From assembly GCA_051294375.1 (NCBI GenBank), contig CM119265.1, positions 3,223,640-3,287,639 on the forward strand: DNA of 64,000 nt, written 5' to 3'. Numbering within the stretch: position 1 is the stretch's first letter; each line of letters opens with the position of its first letter. Source of the DNA: Paraspadella gotoi. Taxonomy: Eukaryota; Animalia; Chaetognatha. The position numbers and the translations under genes are program-made. Below are positions 12,450 through 26,058 of this stretch, one piece after another. The notes under the pieces are model-generated. The model saw only the letters and a program-made list of their open reading frames with translations, did no database searches and was not told the DNA's origin.

Positions 12450-13860
12450 TCCTGTTCATTTTGTATCTGTAGCGGGTGGCCTTGTATAACTGCACTTGAC
12501 TCAGAGCTCCTCCTCCAGTTTGAACTGATATCTTTGACCTTGGTTATCCACTGGGTTGTCATAGGGATCTGTGATGGTACCCCTGACGGAACTGATATCT
12601 GTGACGTTCTGCGTTATGGCCTGTGGAGCTTGAGAAGCGGGCTTGCTGCTGTTGTTGAAGGGTTCTGAATCGATACATACGGGGACTGGAGCGCGAGAGT
12701 CCCCCAAGTTGGTTGTGGGAGATAGGTTGGTAGGTACCCTGGCATTTGGGTATCCCATGACACTATGCTCGTTAACGCATAACATCTGTGATTGAATCTT
12801 TGTCCGTTTGAGCTGTCCGATTGGGTCGGTTGTAGTTTGAGACTCTTTCGGCGTCCTCCTGTCTCCGCCCCAATATTCCGGATGATTTTCGCTAGTATGG
12901 TTTGCTCTTCACAGGAATGGAAAAAAAAACCCCCCCCCCGCCGCAGCTGTAGGTGTCCGAGTATTTGGTTGGCATCCCTCCTGCAGAATTTCGGGCAAAC
13001 TTGTTATATCCCAAATGTTTCGATTCGTGAGTCTGAGCTTTGGTAAGAAACCTTTGATACTATCTCACATTATTAGCTTTCTTCAACCCGATTTTTTCTG
13101 CTCTATTTTTTTCAAATCTTCCGAACTTATTTTTTATGTTTGGCTTTGCATGACAACCCTCCGTAATGTTTCTTCACCAGGCTTTTCTGCAATCCGTCTT
13201 TTAATTTCGCAGCAGTCTATGGCAAGAATGTCCTTGACAGACGATTTCCAGGATATCCACAAAGGCATTTTCAATTGTGGTCCGGGCTATTTGAAGTTTC
13301 AGGGACTTGTCCTCGCGTTGTTCTTTAGGACTTCGGAGTATGAGAGAAAGTTTGCCTGTGGACGGACAGTGTACTATTAGCCGTCGGTTGTTTTTGTAAC
13401 ATTCTCTTGTCCTCATTTTATTCATACTTGTTCTAATATATTGACAACCTTTGTACTTGCCAGAATGTTTTTGGCTTGCAATTTGCACACTTGATGTCTT
13501 CTTCCGTGGCGATAACAGTCTTAACCTGTGGTTCTTGAGCCGCATCTGGAGCAGGTGTCTTTAGTCTCTTTGCACTCGAGCTGAGGTGACCAATCTTGAG
13601 ACATCTATAGCATTGGGAAATGGGTATGCGTTTAAAATCTTCAACCTTATGATTTTTTAAAAGTAATAATTTGAAACCTTCGTTCATGTAACGCACTGTC
13701 TTTTTTCTTTATTTGAATGCAGGATGGACTTTACACTCCAAGTTGCGACTTGATCTTTACCGAACTCTGATGCGTTTTGACTCCGGAGTAATCGTCTTTT
13801 CTCAACTTGAGGTCGATCTTCGTGCTTCAAGTTACTTCTCTGGCTCGACACCAAACGGAT
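12450..13860 (-). pseudogene. LINE ORF1 (gag-like nucleic-acid-binding protein with CCHC knuckles), fragmented
   Basis: ORF 13433..13696 contains ISQCYRCLKIGHLSS and IKCANCK. The coding signal continues across frames (13201..13545; 12501..12785 is P/S/T-rich). Confidence 0.75.
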
Positions 13861-14007
13861 GACCGACGCTTTGTTTTTCCGCCGAAATTTGCGTCGCTTA
13901 ATCTGGAACGAAACTTGTATTCGTTTTTAGACCATTTCTCCTAATTATTTAGTAAAGTGTTAATTATCTATGGGAGAAGCTCCAAATAGTACTAACTCCC
14001 CTTTTTG

Positions 14008-14064
<57 letters not shown>

Positions 14065-14214
14065 TCAATTAACTTTGCAAAGAGTCCCTCATTGTTTCTT
14101 CTCGATTCTCGATTTGTGACAACGCAAGGCGAACAATGGAACCGGAATTCATTCATCAGTCTGGGATTTGCTGAAGGAGAAAAATAGATCTTGGAAGAAA
14201 TTTATTTGTCTGAT

Positions 14215-14245
<31 letters not shown>

Positions 14246-14317
14246 TAGAGAGAGAGAAGAGAAGAGAGAGAGAGAGAGAACGAGAGAGAGAANNNNNNNN
14301 NNNNNNNNNNNNNNNNN

Positions 14318-17300
14318 ACTTGCTGTTGTCATGGAGAGCCGAAAAGCAAAAACTTGAACAAAATTCGTCTGTTGACTTTTCCTCTGCACTCGTTTGTTAT
14401 TTGCGCCACTATCCTTCTCGTTCGTCGTTCGTTGTTGCTTTATGTTGTTGTCGTGTTTTGATGCATCGATTCGAATCCTTTCTTATTCTCATTAGCGATA
14501 AATAGGTTATTGGATCATCAATTAATCTCATGATCGAATTTTTTATTTCTTCATAGTAGTCTTATTTCCTTTTATTGCTTCCAAAAACATTCTGTTTTTT
14601 TAGAATTTTGTCTGTCGAAATCAAGAAGATTCGTCATTTTTGACAGAGCGAAACAAAAGAGAAATTATTTCTTAATTATAATTTTGGGCCAAAGAAAAAG
14701 ATCAAAAAGCCAGCAATTAATTTCCTTTTTTTTAAAAAACTACAATTAAATATTTTTACTCAACCATAAAGAAAGATTTTGTTTTTTGTTTTGTTTTGTT
14801 TTTCTAAATGTAGAACAAAGATTCCGTCTCGAGAAGTGACCAAGCGAAGGAATTTCACGGTTCACAATTCGGTTTCCTTCCGCTCTACTTAATTCTTTCT
14901 ACCTCTTTGTTTGTTTTTATGGTTAAATATTTTGAAGTAAAGGACTAAACAACTAGAGAATTTAATGTTTCATTTCCCGTCACGCCTAATTCCGTTTTTT
15001 TAAAAGAAAATAAAGCTTTCTTGGGGTGCTATTGCATATCTTCTTTTAAAAGTGAAATATTGTTCCTGAAGATAGTATGAATAGAAGATTTAAAAAAAAA
15101 GTAAAAACAGCAAAGAAAGAGGATTAGTCTGAATTAACTGAGGCCATTGTTCGACTCTTGACTTTCAAGCCGACCTCACGCCGGCGCTCACCTTCACAAA
15201 CCAAAGGACGAGGCGATCGAAACAGACTGACCTTAAAATCTTCTTCAATAGCTTAACGTCTTTCCTTAATTGCTATGGAGAGAGACGAGAGAGAGAAGAC
15301 GAGACAGAGAGAGAATCTCTCTCTTTTTTAAATAAACAAACATACGGATTTCACCTTGACAACGATATAACCCGTCTTCGGATCGAATTCTTTGGGTCGA
15401 ACAAACTCAACGTTTCTTTCGTAAAAGAATAAAAAAATATTTTGATAAAAGACTCGTCACGGTTTTCGACTTTTTATAAACATTTTGACAGAATTTGATG
15501 GAAAAGTTTTTCTCGCGATTAAAATCTTAAAATAAAAAGTCGGAAAATATCGATGGAATTTCCTCATCTGATTCTTGACACAAAGTTGATGGAATAGCAT
15601 TACCCCCCCCCTTCTCCTCTCAAAGCTAAAGTCAAGCAAACAAGGGTTTGACGTATCGCAAATCGCGTTGCATCTTGAGAGTTAAAAAAAAAAATTTGCG
15701 GGAATTAATACAAACGCCACCCTGTTTAGTTTATAACAATCGGCCTCTGGTTTCTTTCTCTCTTTTTTTACCCCTTTTTCTTCGAAATAAAGAAAAACGA
15801 TCAGTCAAGAAAACCGCGCGTCTGACGGCAAGCGGGACACAATGGAATTTGCAATGGAACCAGGAATGGAACCGCCTTCGCACGGTTTCTCCCTTCTCCT
15901 CTTCCAAAATTATTTCCGGTCAATTGCCTACGGTTCCATCAGAAAAACAAAAAAAAAGTTTTTTTTGTTTCTATTTTTAAAAATATGGAATTGAAAATGG
16001 AATTTTTTTTTTCATAATCACGAAATCCATCTTTTTTTTTTTACCGTAGATGAGATTACGTCAAAAACCAGCTTTTGAACCGACGGCTTGGGATGCGTTA
16101 GTCCACGAATACTTCCCCTCCGTGAGATGGGCTTCTGTTTGCTTTTCTACATTTTCTTTCTTTGTTTTTCTATTTTATTCTTTTGTTTGTAAATAGTTTA
16201 GCTTCTCATTGAGGGGTTCCGTTCCATTACGGTTTCGCCCTCCCCAATCATGGTTAAAACGACTTTTTCCTTATCATTTTAAATATCAAACCGAAAAAAA
16301 TAGAATCCCATCGGTTTTTGTTTGTTTTTTAACCAAACGTTTTAGTTGAATCAATTTCGTATTTAACCGTCAATGTTTGACATTGCCTAAAAACCTCTGC
16401 TTATCTCTTTAAATATCAAATGCAATTTTTTCTCGAAAAAATGTTTATTTTTAGCCAAAATCGTTATCAGTCCAATTCGTAACAGATCTTTGCTTCTTTT
16501 CAGACTCAAATATCAAATGGAAAAAAAAAATTTCGAGACCAGAAACACGGTTTTTGTTTGTTTTTAATTCAATTTTGGTGAAGCAGACGAAGTTCAATTG
16601 ACAATCGTCCGAATTTTTTAAATCACTTATAATTGCAGGGGGAAACAGCGTTAGGGCGTCGCTTTTAAGATTTTAAGATAGGGTAATTTCTCCGATCAGC
16701 TATTAAGCAAGGACCGATATCTAGACCAATACCAGATCGACGAGTCTCCCCCATTTCCCTCCGTTTCTATTGTATTCCTTCAAAAAAACATAAAAAAAAC
16801 TTAAAATGAAATGTTACTCTTTAACCGACTCGTTTTTGTCAGAGATTCTCTCTCCCGAACCAAAACGGAAAACCATATTTTTTCCTTTCGTCGATAATAA
16901 AACAAAAATTTTCCCAAAAAATGATTTCTCGGTCACTTAACTTCGTTTCAAGAATTTTTACTTCCTATTTTCTTTCATTTTCCCCCGCCCCCCCCCAAAT
17001 TTTNNNNNNNNNNCATAAAAACAAACAAAAGGTAGAAAGAATTAAAAGTAGAGCGAAGGAAACCGAATTGTGAACCGTGAAATTCCTTCGCTTGGTCACT
17101 TCTCGAGACGGAATCTTTGTTCTACTTTAGAAAAACAAAACAAAACAAAAAAACAAATCTTTCTTTATGGTTGAGTAAAAATATTTAATTGTAGTTTTTT
17201 TAAAAAAAGGAAATTAATTGCTGGCTTTTGATCTTTTTCTTTGGCCAAATTAATAATAAGAAATAATTTTCTCTTTTGTTTCGCTCTGTCAAAATTGACG

Positions 17301-20300
17301 GATTTTCCTTGATTTTTGACAGAAAAATATTAACAAAGAGAAAAGAACAATTGAATGATTTATTAGGGATGAAAAAAATAAAGAGAAATAAGGAGAGACT
17401 GAAAAACCTAAATGAAAGAAAATAAAGAAAAAAATATGATGTTCATCGATCAATGAGATTTTAAATTTGAATTTCGATCCCAATTTTCAACCGATTCTTA
17501 AAATCCTTCCAATGAGGATTAAAAGAAAAGGAAACGATGCGAATCGATGCATCAAAACAACGACAACAACATAAACAACAACAACGACGACGACGAAGGA
17601 TATGGCGAAATAAACGAGTCGAAAAAGTCAAAAGCGAATTTGTTCAAGTTTTTCTTTTCGCTCTCCATGACAACGCAAGTAAACAAATAAACAAACATAC
17701 GGATTTCACCTTGACAACGATATATCCTGTCTTCGGATCGAATTCTTTGCGTCGAACAAACTAAACGTTTCTTTCGTAAAAGAATAAAAAAAAAGTCGGG
17801 GATATTTTGATAAAAGACTCGTCACGGTTTTCGACTTTTTATAAACATTTTGACAGAATTTGATGGAAAAGTTTTTTTTCGCGATTTAAATCTTAAAATA
17901 AAAAGTCGGAAAATATCGATGGAATTTTCTCATCTGATTCTTGACACAAAGTTGATGGAATAGCATTTTTTGACCCAGCCCTGTCAGCCCAACCGCAACC
18001 TATTGCTCTCAAGTTTTGCCGCGCGGGGGGGGGAAAGAAATCCTTCCCCCCCCTGTCGTTGTCGGAACGAATTTGGCGGGGGGGGTGGAAAAGAAAGAAA
18101 AAAGAAGAAAAAATTCTTGAAACGAAGTTAAGTGAGACCGAGAAATCATTTTTTGGGAAAATTTTTGTTTTATTATCGACGAAAGGAAAAAATATGGTTT
18201 CCGTTTTGTTTCGGGAGAGATAGAATCTCTGACAAAAACGAGTCGGTTAAAGAGTAACATTTCATTTATAAGTTTTTTTTGTTTTTTTTGAAGGAATACA
18301 ATAGAAAAACGGACGGAAAGGGGGAAGACTCGTCGATCTGGTATTGCGTCTAGATATCGCGTCCTTGCTTAATAGCTGATCGGAGAAATTACCCTTATCT
18401 TAAAATCTTAAAAGGACGCCCTGCTAAACGCTGTTTCCCCCTCGCGCAATTATAAGTGATTTAAAAATTCGGACGATTGTCAATTGAACTTCATCTGCTT
18501 TCACACAAAAATTGAATTAAAAAACAAACAAAAACCGTGTTTTCTGGTTCTCGAAAATTTTTTTTTTCCATTTGCATAATGAGTTCTCATAAAAAGAAAA
18601 GCAAATACTCGTTACGAATTGGACTGATAACGATTTTGGCTAAAAATAACATTTTTTCGAAAAAAAAATTGCATTTGATATTTTAAAGAGATAAGCAGAG
18701 GTTTTTAGGCAATGTCACAACTTGCACGCGTAAATACGAAATTGATTCAACTAAAACGTTTGGTTAAAAAACAAACAAAAACCGATGGGATTCTATTTTT
18801 TTCGGTTTGATATTTTAAAATGATAAGGAAAAAGTCGTTTTAACCATGTATGAGTGGGGGGCGAAAACCGTAATGGAACGGTAACCCCTCAATGAGAAGC
18901 TAGAACTATTTACAAACAAAAGAATAAAATAGAAAAACAAAGAAGAGAAAATGTAGAAAAACGCAAAACAGAAGCGCCATCTCAGCGTGAAGGGGAGTAT
19001 ATCGTGGACTAACGGCATTCCCAAGCCGGTCGTTCAAAAGCTGGTTTTGATCGTGTAATCTCATCTACCGCGTAAAAAAATAATTGATGCGATTTCGTGA
19101 TTGATGCAAAAAAAGTTCCATTTGCCGATTCCATGAGTTCTTTAAAAATAGAAACAAAAAAAACTTTTTTTTTTGTTTTTCTGATGGAAACCGTAGGCAA
19201 TGACCGGGAGAAAATTTGGAAGGAGGAGAAGGGAGAGACCGTGCGGAAGGCGGCGTTCCATTCCTGGTTTATTGCCCAACAATTCCATTGCTTGTCCCGC
19301 TTGCCGTCCAGACGCGCCGCGTTTTCTTGGACTGATGCGTTTTTTCTTTATTTGCGAGGAGGAAAGGAGAGAAAAGGAGAAGAAGAAACCAGAGCCGATT
19401 GTGATAGACTAAACAGTGGCGTTTGTATTAATTCGCGCGCAGATTTTTTTTTTTTTTAACTCTCAAGATGCAGACGCGAGTTTGCGATACTGTCGAAACC
19501 CTTGTTTTGCTTGACTTTAAGGGCTGTGTTGAGCAGGGGTAAGGGGGCGTTAATGGCTAGTTCCATCAACTTTGCGCGCTCCGTCAAGGAATTCAGAGAG
19601 AAAATTCCATTCGATATTTTCCGACTTTTTTATTTTAACGATTTAAAAATCGCGGAAAAAAAACTTTTCCATCAAATTCTGTCTAAAATTGTTTATAAAA
19701 AGTCGAAAACCGTGACGAGTCTTGTGTATCAAGAATATTCCCCGACTTTTTTTTTATTCCTTTTACCGAAAGAAACGTTCTAGTTTGTTCGACGCAAAGA
19801 ATTCGATCCGAAGAACAGGCGATATATCGCTTGTCAAGGCTGAAATCCGTATGATTTGCTTATTTGTTTGTACTTGCTGTTGTCATGGAGAGCCGAAAGG
19901 CAAAAAACTTGAACAAAATTCGGCTCTGTTGACCTTTTCCTCTGCACTCGTTCTGTTATTGCGCCACCTATCCTTCGTCGTTCGTCGTTCTTCGTTGTTG
20001 TTTATGTTGTTGCTCGTGTTTTGATGCCATCGATTCGAATCGTTTCCTTTTCTGTTGATTTCTCATTAGGACGGAATTTTAAGAAATCGTTGAATTTGGT
20101 ACTTCGAAATTCAAATTCGTCATATTTTGACAGAGCGAAACAACCAGAGAAATTCATTTCTTAATTATAATTTTGGGCCAAAAAAGAAATAAGATCAAAC
20201 AGCCAATGCAATTAATTTCCTTTTTTTTAAAAAACTACAATTAAATATTTTTACTCAACGCATAAAGAAGATTTTGGTTTTTTGCTTTTGTTTTGCTCTT

Positions 20301-20868
20301 TTCTAACGAGTTGTTAGAACAAAGGTATTCCGTCATCGAGATGAACAAGCGAAGGAAGTTTCACGAGTTCACATTCGAGTTTCCTCTCCCGCCTGCTACT
20401 TAATTCTTTCTACCTCTTTGTTTTGTTTTTATGGTTAAAATTTTGAAGTATAAGGACGTAGAAGCGAACTAGAGAATTTAATGTTTCATTTCCCGTCACG
20501 CCTAATCCGTTTTTTTAAAAGAAATAAAGCTTTTCTTGGCGGTGCTATTGCATCATCTTCCTTTTAAAAGTAATATTGTTTTCCTGAAGATAGTATCGAA
20601 TAGAAGATTTAAAAAAACAGAACAGAACAGCAAAGACAAGAGGATTAGTTCTGAATTATACTGAGGCCATTGGGTTTTCGACTCTTGAGCTTTCAAGCGA
20701 CCTCGACGCGCGTGCGCTCACCTTCACAAACCAAAGGACGAGGCGATGCGAATACAGACTGACCTTTTTAAAATCTTCTTCAATAGTTTAACGTCTTTCC
20801 TTAATTGCTATGGAAGAGAGACGAGAGAGAGATAGACGAGAGGCAGAGAGAGAATCTCTCTCTTTTTT
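14318..20868. repeat. Local mosaic of direct and inverted duplicates of block A (14318-15330) and block B (15330-17003)
   Basis: A recurs inverted and partial at 17014-17680, and direct at 19872-20868. B recurs direct and partial at 17685-17966, and inverted at ~18070-19870. Copies differ mostly by small indels, and the region is bounded by 25-N gaps. Confidence 0.9.
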
Positions 20869-21226
20869 NNNNNNNNNNNNNNNNNNNNNNNNNCGCTCTA
20901 ACGAGGTTCCCCGGATTGATCGGCCCACCAACACCCCCTGCTTGACGGGACTATAGCTCCCTCCGACTCCCCTCTTCTTTTTTCCTTTCCTCTCCCCCCC
21001 CGTGGCGGGACGCTGCGACGAAGTCAACGGGAGAGAGGAGGGGAAAAAAAAACCGCGCGTCCCTCATTTGCATAATCGGTGAAAGAAACTGCAATTCTTT
21101 TTTTTTTGTGAGGTTTTCTTTTTTTTGTTGTGAACGGAATCCGATTGTGAGTTGTGAGTCTGAAATAACTTGGATGGGAATCTATGAAAGGGAGCAGAGG
21201 GGAAAGAGGAAAGCGGGAGATGAGAG

Positions 21227-21385
21227 GGAAGGAAAGGAAAGAAAAGGAAAGGAAAGGAAAGGAAAGGAAAGGAAAGGAAAGGAAAGGAAAGGAAAGGAAA
21301 GGAAAGGAAAGGAAAGGAAAGCAGAAAAAAAGAAAAGCAAGGAAAGCAAGGAAAGGAAAGAAAAAGAAAGGAAAGGAAAGGAAAA
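21227..21385. repeat. (GGAAA)n microsatellite
   Basis: Directly visible tandem repeat; it explains the KGKER ORFs. Confidence 0.95.
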
Positions 21386-22901
21386 TATTTAGAAACTTTG
21401 GAAGAATAACAAAATTGTAAAAAATAAAGGTTTAAGGAAAATAACCATCTACTTGAAAAATTCTAATAAATGAAGCCGCAAAACGAGGAATCCTCAAAAA
21501 GGAAAGACTTAAAACTTCACTATTTTTCTTTTCATTTTTTTTTCCTCTTTTTTCTTCCGCTGAATTTAAATGAATTCATCGGAATATTTTTTTTCTTTTC
21601 TAACGATTGTGAATTGAAATTTGAATTCGAGAAAATAAATTTATTCATCCTTTTCATTTGAATTTTTTAGCAAAAATTTAAAAATAAAGTTCGTCGCTGA
21701 AAGTCGCACGAGAATCTGCAAGCACGGCAGCTGAGTGCAGCTGTAAATTCACAATCTCTGTCTGTTTAGTACTGTAGGGTCAAAATGTACGATGTTACAA
21801 TTGAGCGGTGCAGCGCGGACATCGTGACGACTGAGCCAACAAAAATACAAAAACTACAATACAATTACAATTGTAGAAGTTACCAGAAAAACTCATGGAT
21901 AAAAAATCAATCAATCAAATAAACAAAGATCGACGGCGACGACGACGACGACGACTTAAACAACATCTTTGACCAAGAGGTCAGTGGGACAACAGCGTCC
22001 CCATTGAAGGACGACACCATGGGGCGACGCCGACATTTCGCCGCCGATGACCCGAAAAAAGTGACCAAAAATGAGCAAAAGTGACGAATTCCGCGTGAAC
22101 AAATCTGTCGTCGCGACGAAAAAGAGATTCAACACTTCTTGTCTTTTATCGATTTGAGCGAATGAAAAATGATTAAGGGATCGGAAGGAAATTAAATAAT
22201 AAATAATATAAATCATTGAAAATGGTTCAATTAGAAAAAAAATATCAAATAATATCAAAAATTTAATATAATTTAAAAATAACAATGTTATCTTCAAGCG
22301 AATTCATGTCTTCAATAAATTGTGTGATTGCGAACATGGCTACAGTGGCCAGTGGACACTCCCGATTCATTTTCTTAGTTGTACACGATTTTCGCATCTT
22401 TGACCTTTGCCTATCCGCGCCTCTATCGGCGACTCCACGCCCACTGATTCTCTCCTTGATTTCGAAAACTCGAAAACCCCAAAAATGTGGGTCGATTGAC
22501 ATCAAGAAAAAAATAAAAGGAACATCCTTGTCACGTGAACGTATTTGACGTCTAATGATGTCAAACGTCCGACGTCGCTGATTCGCTTGACCCTCGAGGC
22601 GGCGATCGCGCGAGGGGGGGGGAGTTGGGCGGGAAGAAAACAACAAGAGGGAAGATCAGTGGGGGTCGAAGAGAGAGTTGGTAGGGAGGTTGGCGGGAAT
22701 TGTGAGACGGTGAGAGGGCGAAAGGTGAAAGATTCGCTCGTTCCGGTCGAGTAAGTTGTGAGTCTAGTTGGGGCATGGCCGGGACTGGGGTCTATAAATA
22801 TGGCAAACCACAATAATTTCATTAGAGTTAAACGATTGATGTAGGGATTCTTTACTCTCTCTCTCTTCTCTCCTCTCTCTCTCTCTCTCTCTCTTCTCTC
22901 T

Positions 22902-22939
<38 letters not shown>

Positions 22940-23695
22940 TTTTCTCTTCCCTCATCTCTACTCAAGGAGTATTCATCGTAATTCTCACAGCGATTTTGTA
23001 ATCTAATTTGATATAACGGTTTCTCGAAAAAAACTTTTACTTAAAAGAAAATTTATGCATTAAACCGAGAATCAGATTAGCGTCGAAGATTCAATTTGAT
23101 TTTTGGCGCCTAAATTCGTCGTCGTCGTCGTTGTCGGCGGCGGCCGTCGACGACGTCTAAAATTAGTAAAGTGAAAATTTTCATAACCATGACATTCCCG
23201 CATTACTGAATTGCACACACCGTCCTTTTCTTTGTATTTTAGGAGGCAAGAAACTTCTTATTTCTGTTCTGGACTGACACAGCATTCTCCAACACGTGAA
23301 ATACCAAAAAAGACCTAAAGTGACATTATGCGCATTGTAATTGTAATTAACTTTTGACAGGATTCCATCCCCTTGAAACGTTTACTATTTTTCTTTCAAC
23401 TTTTTTCCCTTTTTCGTATTTTTCGTTTCCCCTGATCTTTTTTTAGCCCGCGAATACAATTCGTACAATTGTGACAATAGTTACAATACGTACAATAGTT
23501 ACAATGCCCTATTCTCCATGATTCGCAAAAGCGTTCACAATTCTCAAAACCTCACAATGCTCGCGCCAGTCACGGTGATTTTGTTTTCATTGTAACCTTT
23601 TTCGCGCCCGATTGTAAAAGAATTGAAAAAGAATTGTAAAAGAAGAAAGAAATCTTTTATTGTATCTTGCGTCCTTTTACTTCAAAGGATAAAAG

Positions 23696-23733
<38 letters not shown>

Positions 23734-25743
23734 TTTTCACACGAGCTTCAATTATTAAAACCGTAACGTTTCGGATGTTAAATAATTACTAGTTATTGCA
23801 GAACACGGAAATAACCAGAATTGGTATTATATCAATATTTTACTATTTATTAGTTTAGTATTTAGATAAACATATGTGATTTAACATATATTTGTGCATA
23901 CTAAAAACAAGCGTAGCCCGAGAAGCATTTTATTTTCGTTTTTTGTTCTTAATTGATCACGTGATCCAAAATCCTTTCTCACTTCTCCCTCCCTGCAAAC
24001 CAAGCTCTTCGAAGGTTGTTCCAGACGGGCGGCCATTTCGGACAGACTCTCCTCGATTCCCACGCGAGCTTCCGCGGAACGCCGCTTCCAAAGGGCGCTC
24101 GAGCCCTTGGGTTCTCCTAGGACTCCCTCTCGTGGCACGCTTTGAAAGCCGCTCAGGGCCTCCCGCCGTGGCACCCGGAGAGCTTCGTGGCGGAAACCAT
24201 CGAATGGTTTTTTTACACTATTGATTTTTTTTTTACAATGGAGTAAATTTGGTGTGTAACTCTTATTGTAAAAGGAACATTAATTTCCCTGCGATTTTTT
24301 CTGTCTCTTTACTTTTTCTTTTTTTTATTTTTCTCATTTTTTTGTTTCGTTTTCATTTTTTCTTTTTCTTTTTTCTATTTTCCCTTTTAATAGCGTCCCT
24401 TTGACTTACTCGATTTTCTCCAGGGATGTAATAGGATTAACGCACGCCGTCCAACGTCACCCCGGCTGTAAAAGGATTAGAACGTCAATGACCCTTTTGG
24501 TTGAAACGGGCAAACGGGATTTTAAATTTAGGGTGACCGAACCGCGCGACAACTCAATATCGGATTATAAAAGTCAGCCAAAGATCCAATTGAAAAAAAC
24601 AAGACACGTTGGTCACAATGGGTCATTTGTTTCTGATCGTTTGGGTCTAATTTCTTTGTTTACGAAGAAGATTCAGAATAGGAAGTCAGCAGAAATTAGA
24701 TATAATTATATCCTAAAAGATAATTCAGCATCTTTCCACATAATATTTCACTCGCTGTATTTTAATCTTATTTGCATACGGCAGTGTGGGTCAAATGTAT
24801 TATGTTACGACAAACGAGAAAAGTCTCAAAATTTAAAATATTTAGTTATGATTTTTGAAGAAAAAAAAAGCCAAAAGTTCGAGTTCCATTTCCATGCATT
24901 TGCTTTTGAGTATTAATCTTCGAGTTCTGAGATGTTCGCTCTCAACTATTAGACACCAACAAAAATATTTTCTTATGAATTACTTTATAAGAAAGAAAAA
25001 GTAGTGAATGTGTTGCCACAGTATTAACCGTATTAATCGTATTACACTGTGCGGTTGTGTCAGAGCTTTAGAAGTTGAGTTTCGTTAAAGGAAAGTGAAT
25101 GACTTGAAGGTTCATAGGTGGAGTCAGTATATAAAAAGAAAGTAGCTGAATAAGATAATGATTGAAATAATTAATTAAGATAATGAAAAATGGATGGATG
25201 GAAGCTGGAAGGAAAGAAGGAAGAATGGTCAAAAAGTAGGATGGGAAATTCTAGGAAAGAAAAGAACAATCCGGTTAAGGACAAAATAGGATGTTAAAAG
25301 GTTGAGATAACGTTTAAATCCCCTTAAAATATTCTCTCTCTCTCTCTCTCNNNNNNNNNNTCATCGCAGTTCCCATGAGTTTTTTTAAAAACTTTCAAAA
25401 CACTCGTTTCCGAAAATATCTCTACTTTTTTCCTTCAAAATGTTTCAAATAAAAATCTATTGATTTTTTTCACAAACGAAACTAAAATGAGGTCAGCCTG
25501 AAGATAAACAAATACGAGAAAAATAATAGAATCGAAAAACGATAACATTTATTTTTAGAAATTGGAATCAATGAGAGAACAAAGGGAGAGAAGAAGGGAT
25601 GCCCTTTTGTTCGAGAGAATTTTAATCCTTTGGGTCAACACCAGAGGGATTCTATCTTTGACGAACTTCAGTATTCTCATCACACTTCATCATTACGTTG
25701 TGGACAAATACCGTTTATGCGACTTGTCTGTTTTAAAGGAAAT

Positions 25744-25837
<94 letters not shown>

Positions 25838-25843
25838 TTCTCT

Positions 25844-25900
<57 letters not shown>

Positions 25901-26020
25901 TTTTTTTCGACTCAATGCGCATCACCCTTTGGTCTTTTAAGAAAAGAAAAAAACAGTTTTCCTTTTCTTTTCTTCTTTCTCTTCTTTTTTCATCCTATTT
26001 TTCCAACTTTAAAAAAAAAA

Positions 26021-26058
<38 letters not shown>

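Larger units (their letters stand above)
9590..13860 (-). mobile_element. Non-LTR retrotransposon (LINE, Jockey/I-group-like), probably 5'-truncated, frameshifted
   Basis: Motifs occur in the expected order on the minus strand: ORF1 zinc knuckles (QCYRCLKIGH; KCANCK), APE endonuclease motifs, RT motifs and the FLGVRFDQ thumb motif. No RNase H motif was recognised. Confidence 0.9.

Noticed and set aside
21700-23340. Short higher-complexity patches (21700-21840, 22285-22430, 23240-23340) and a TATAAATA at ~22793 as possible exons or promoter
   Set aside because: I could not build a consistent splice model or recognise a protein motif; small exons cannot be excluded without RNA-seq.
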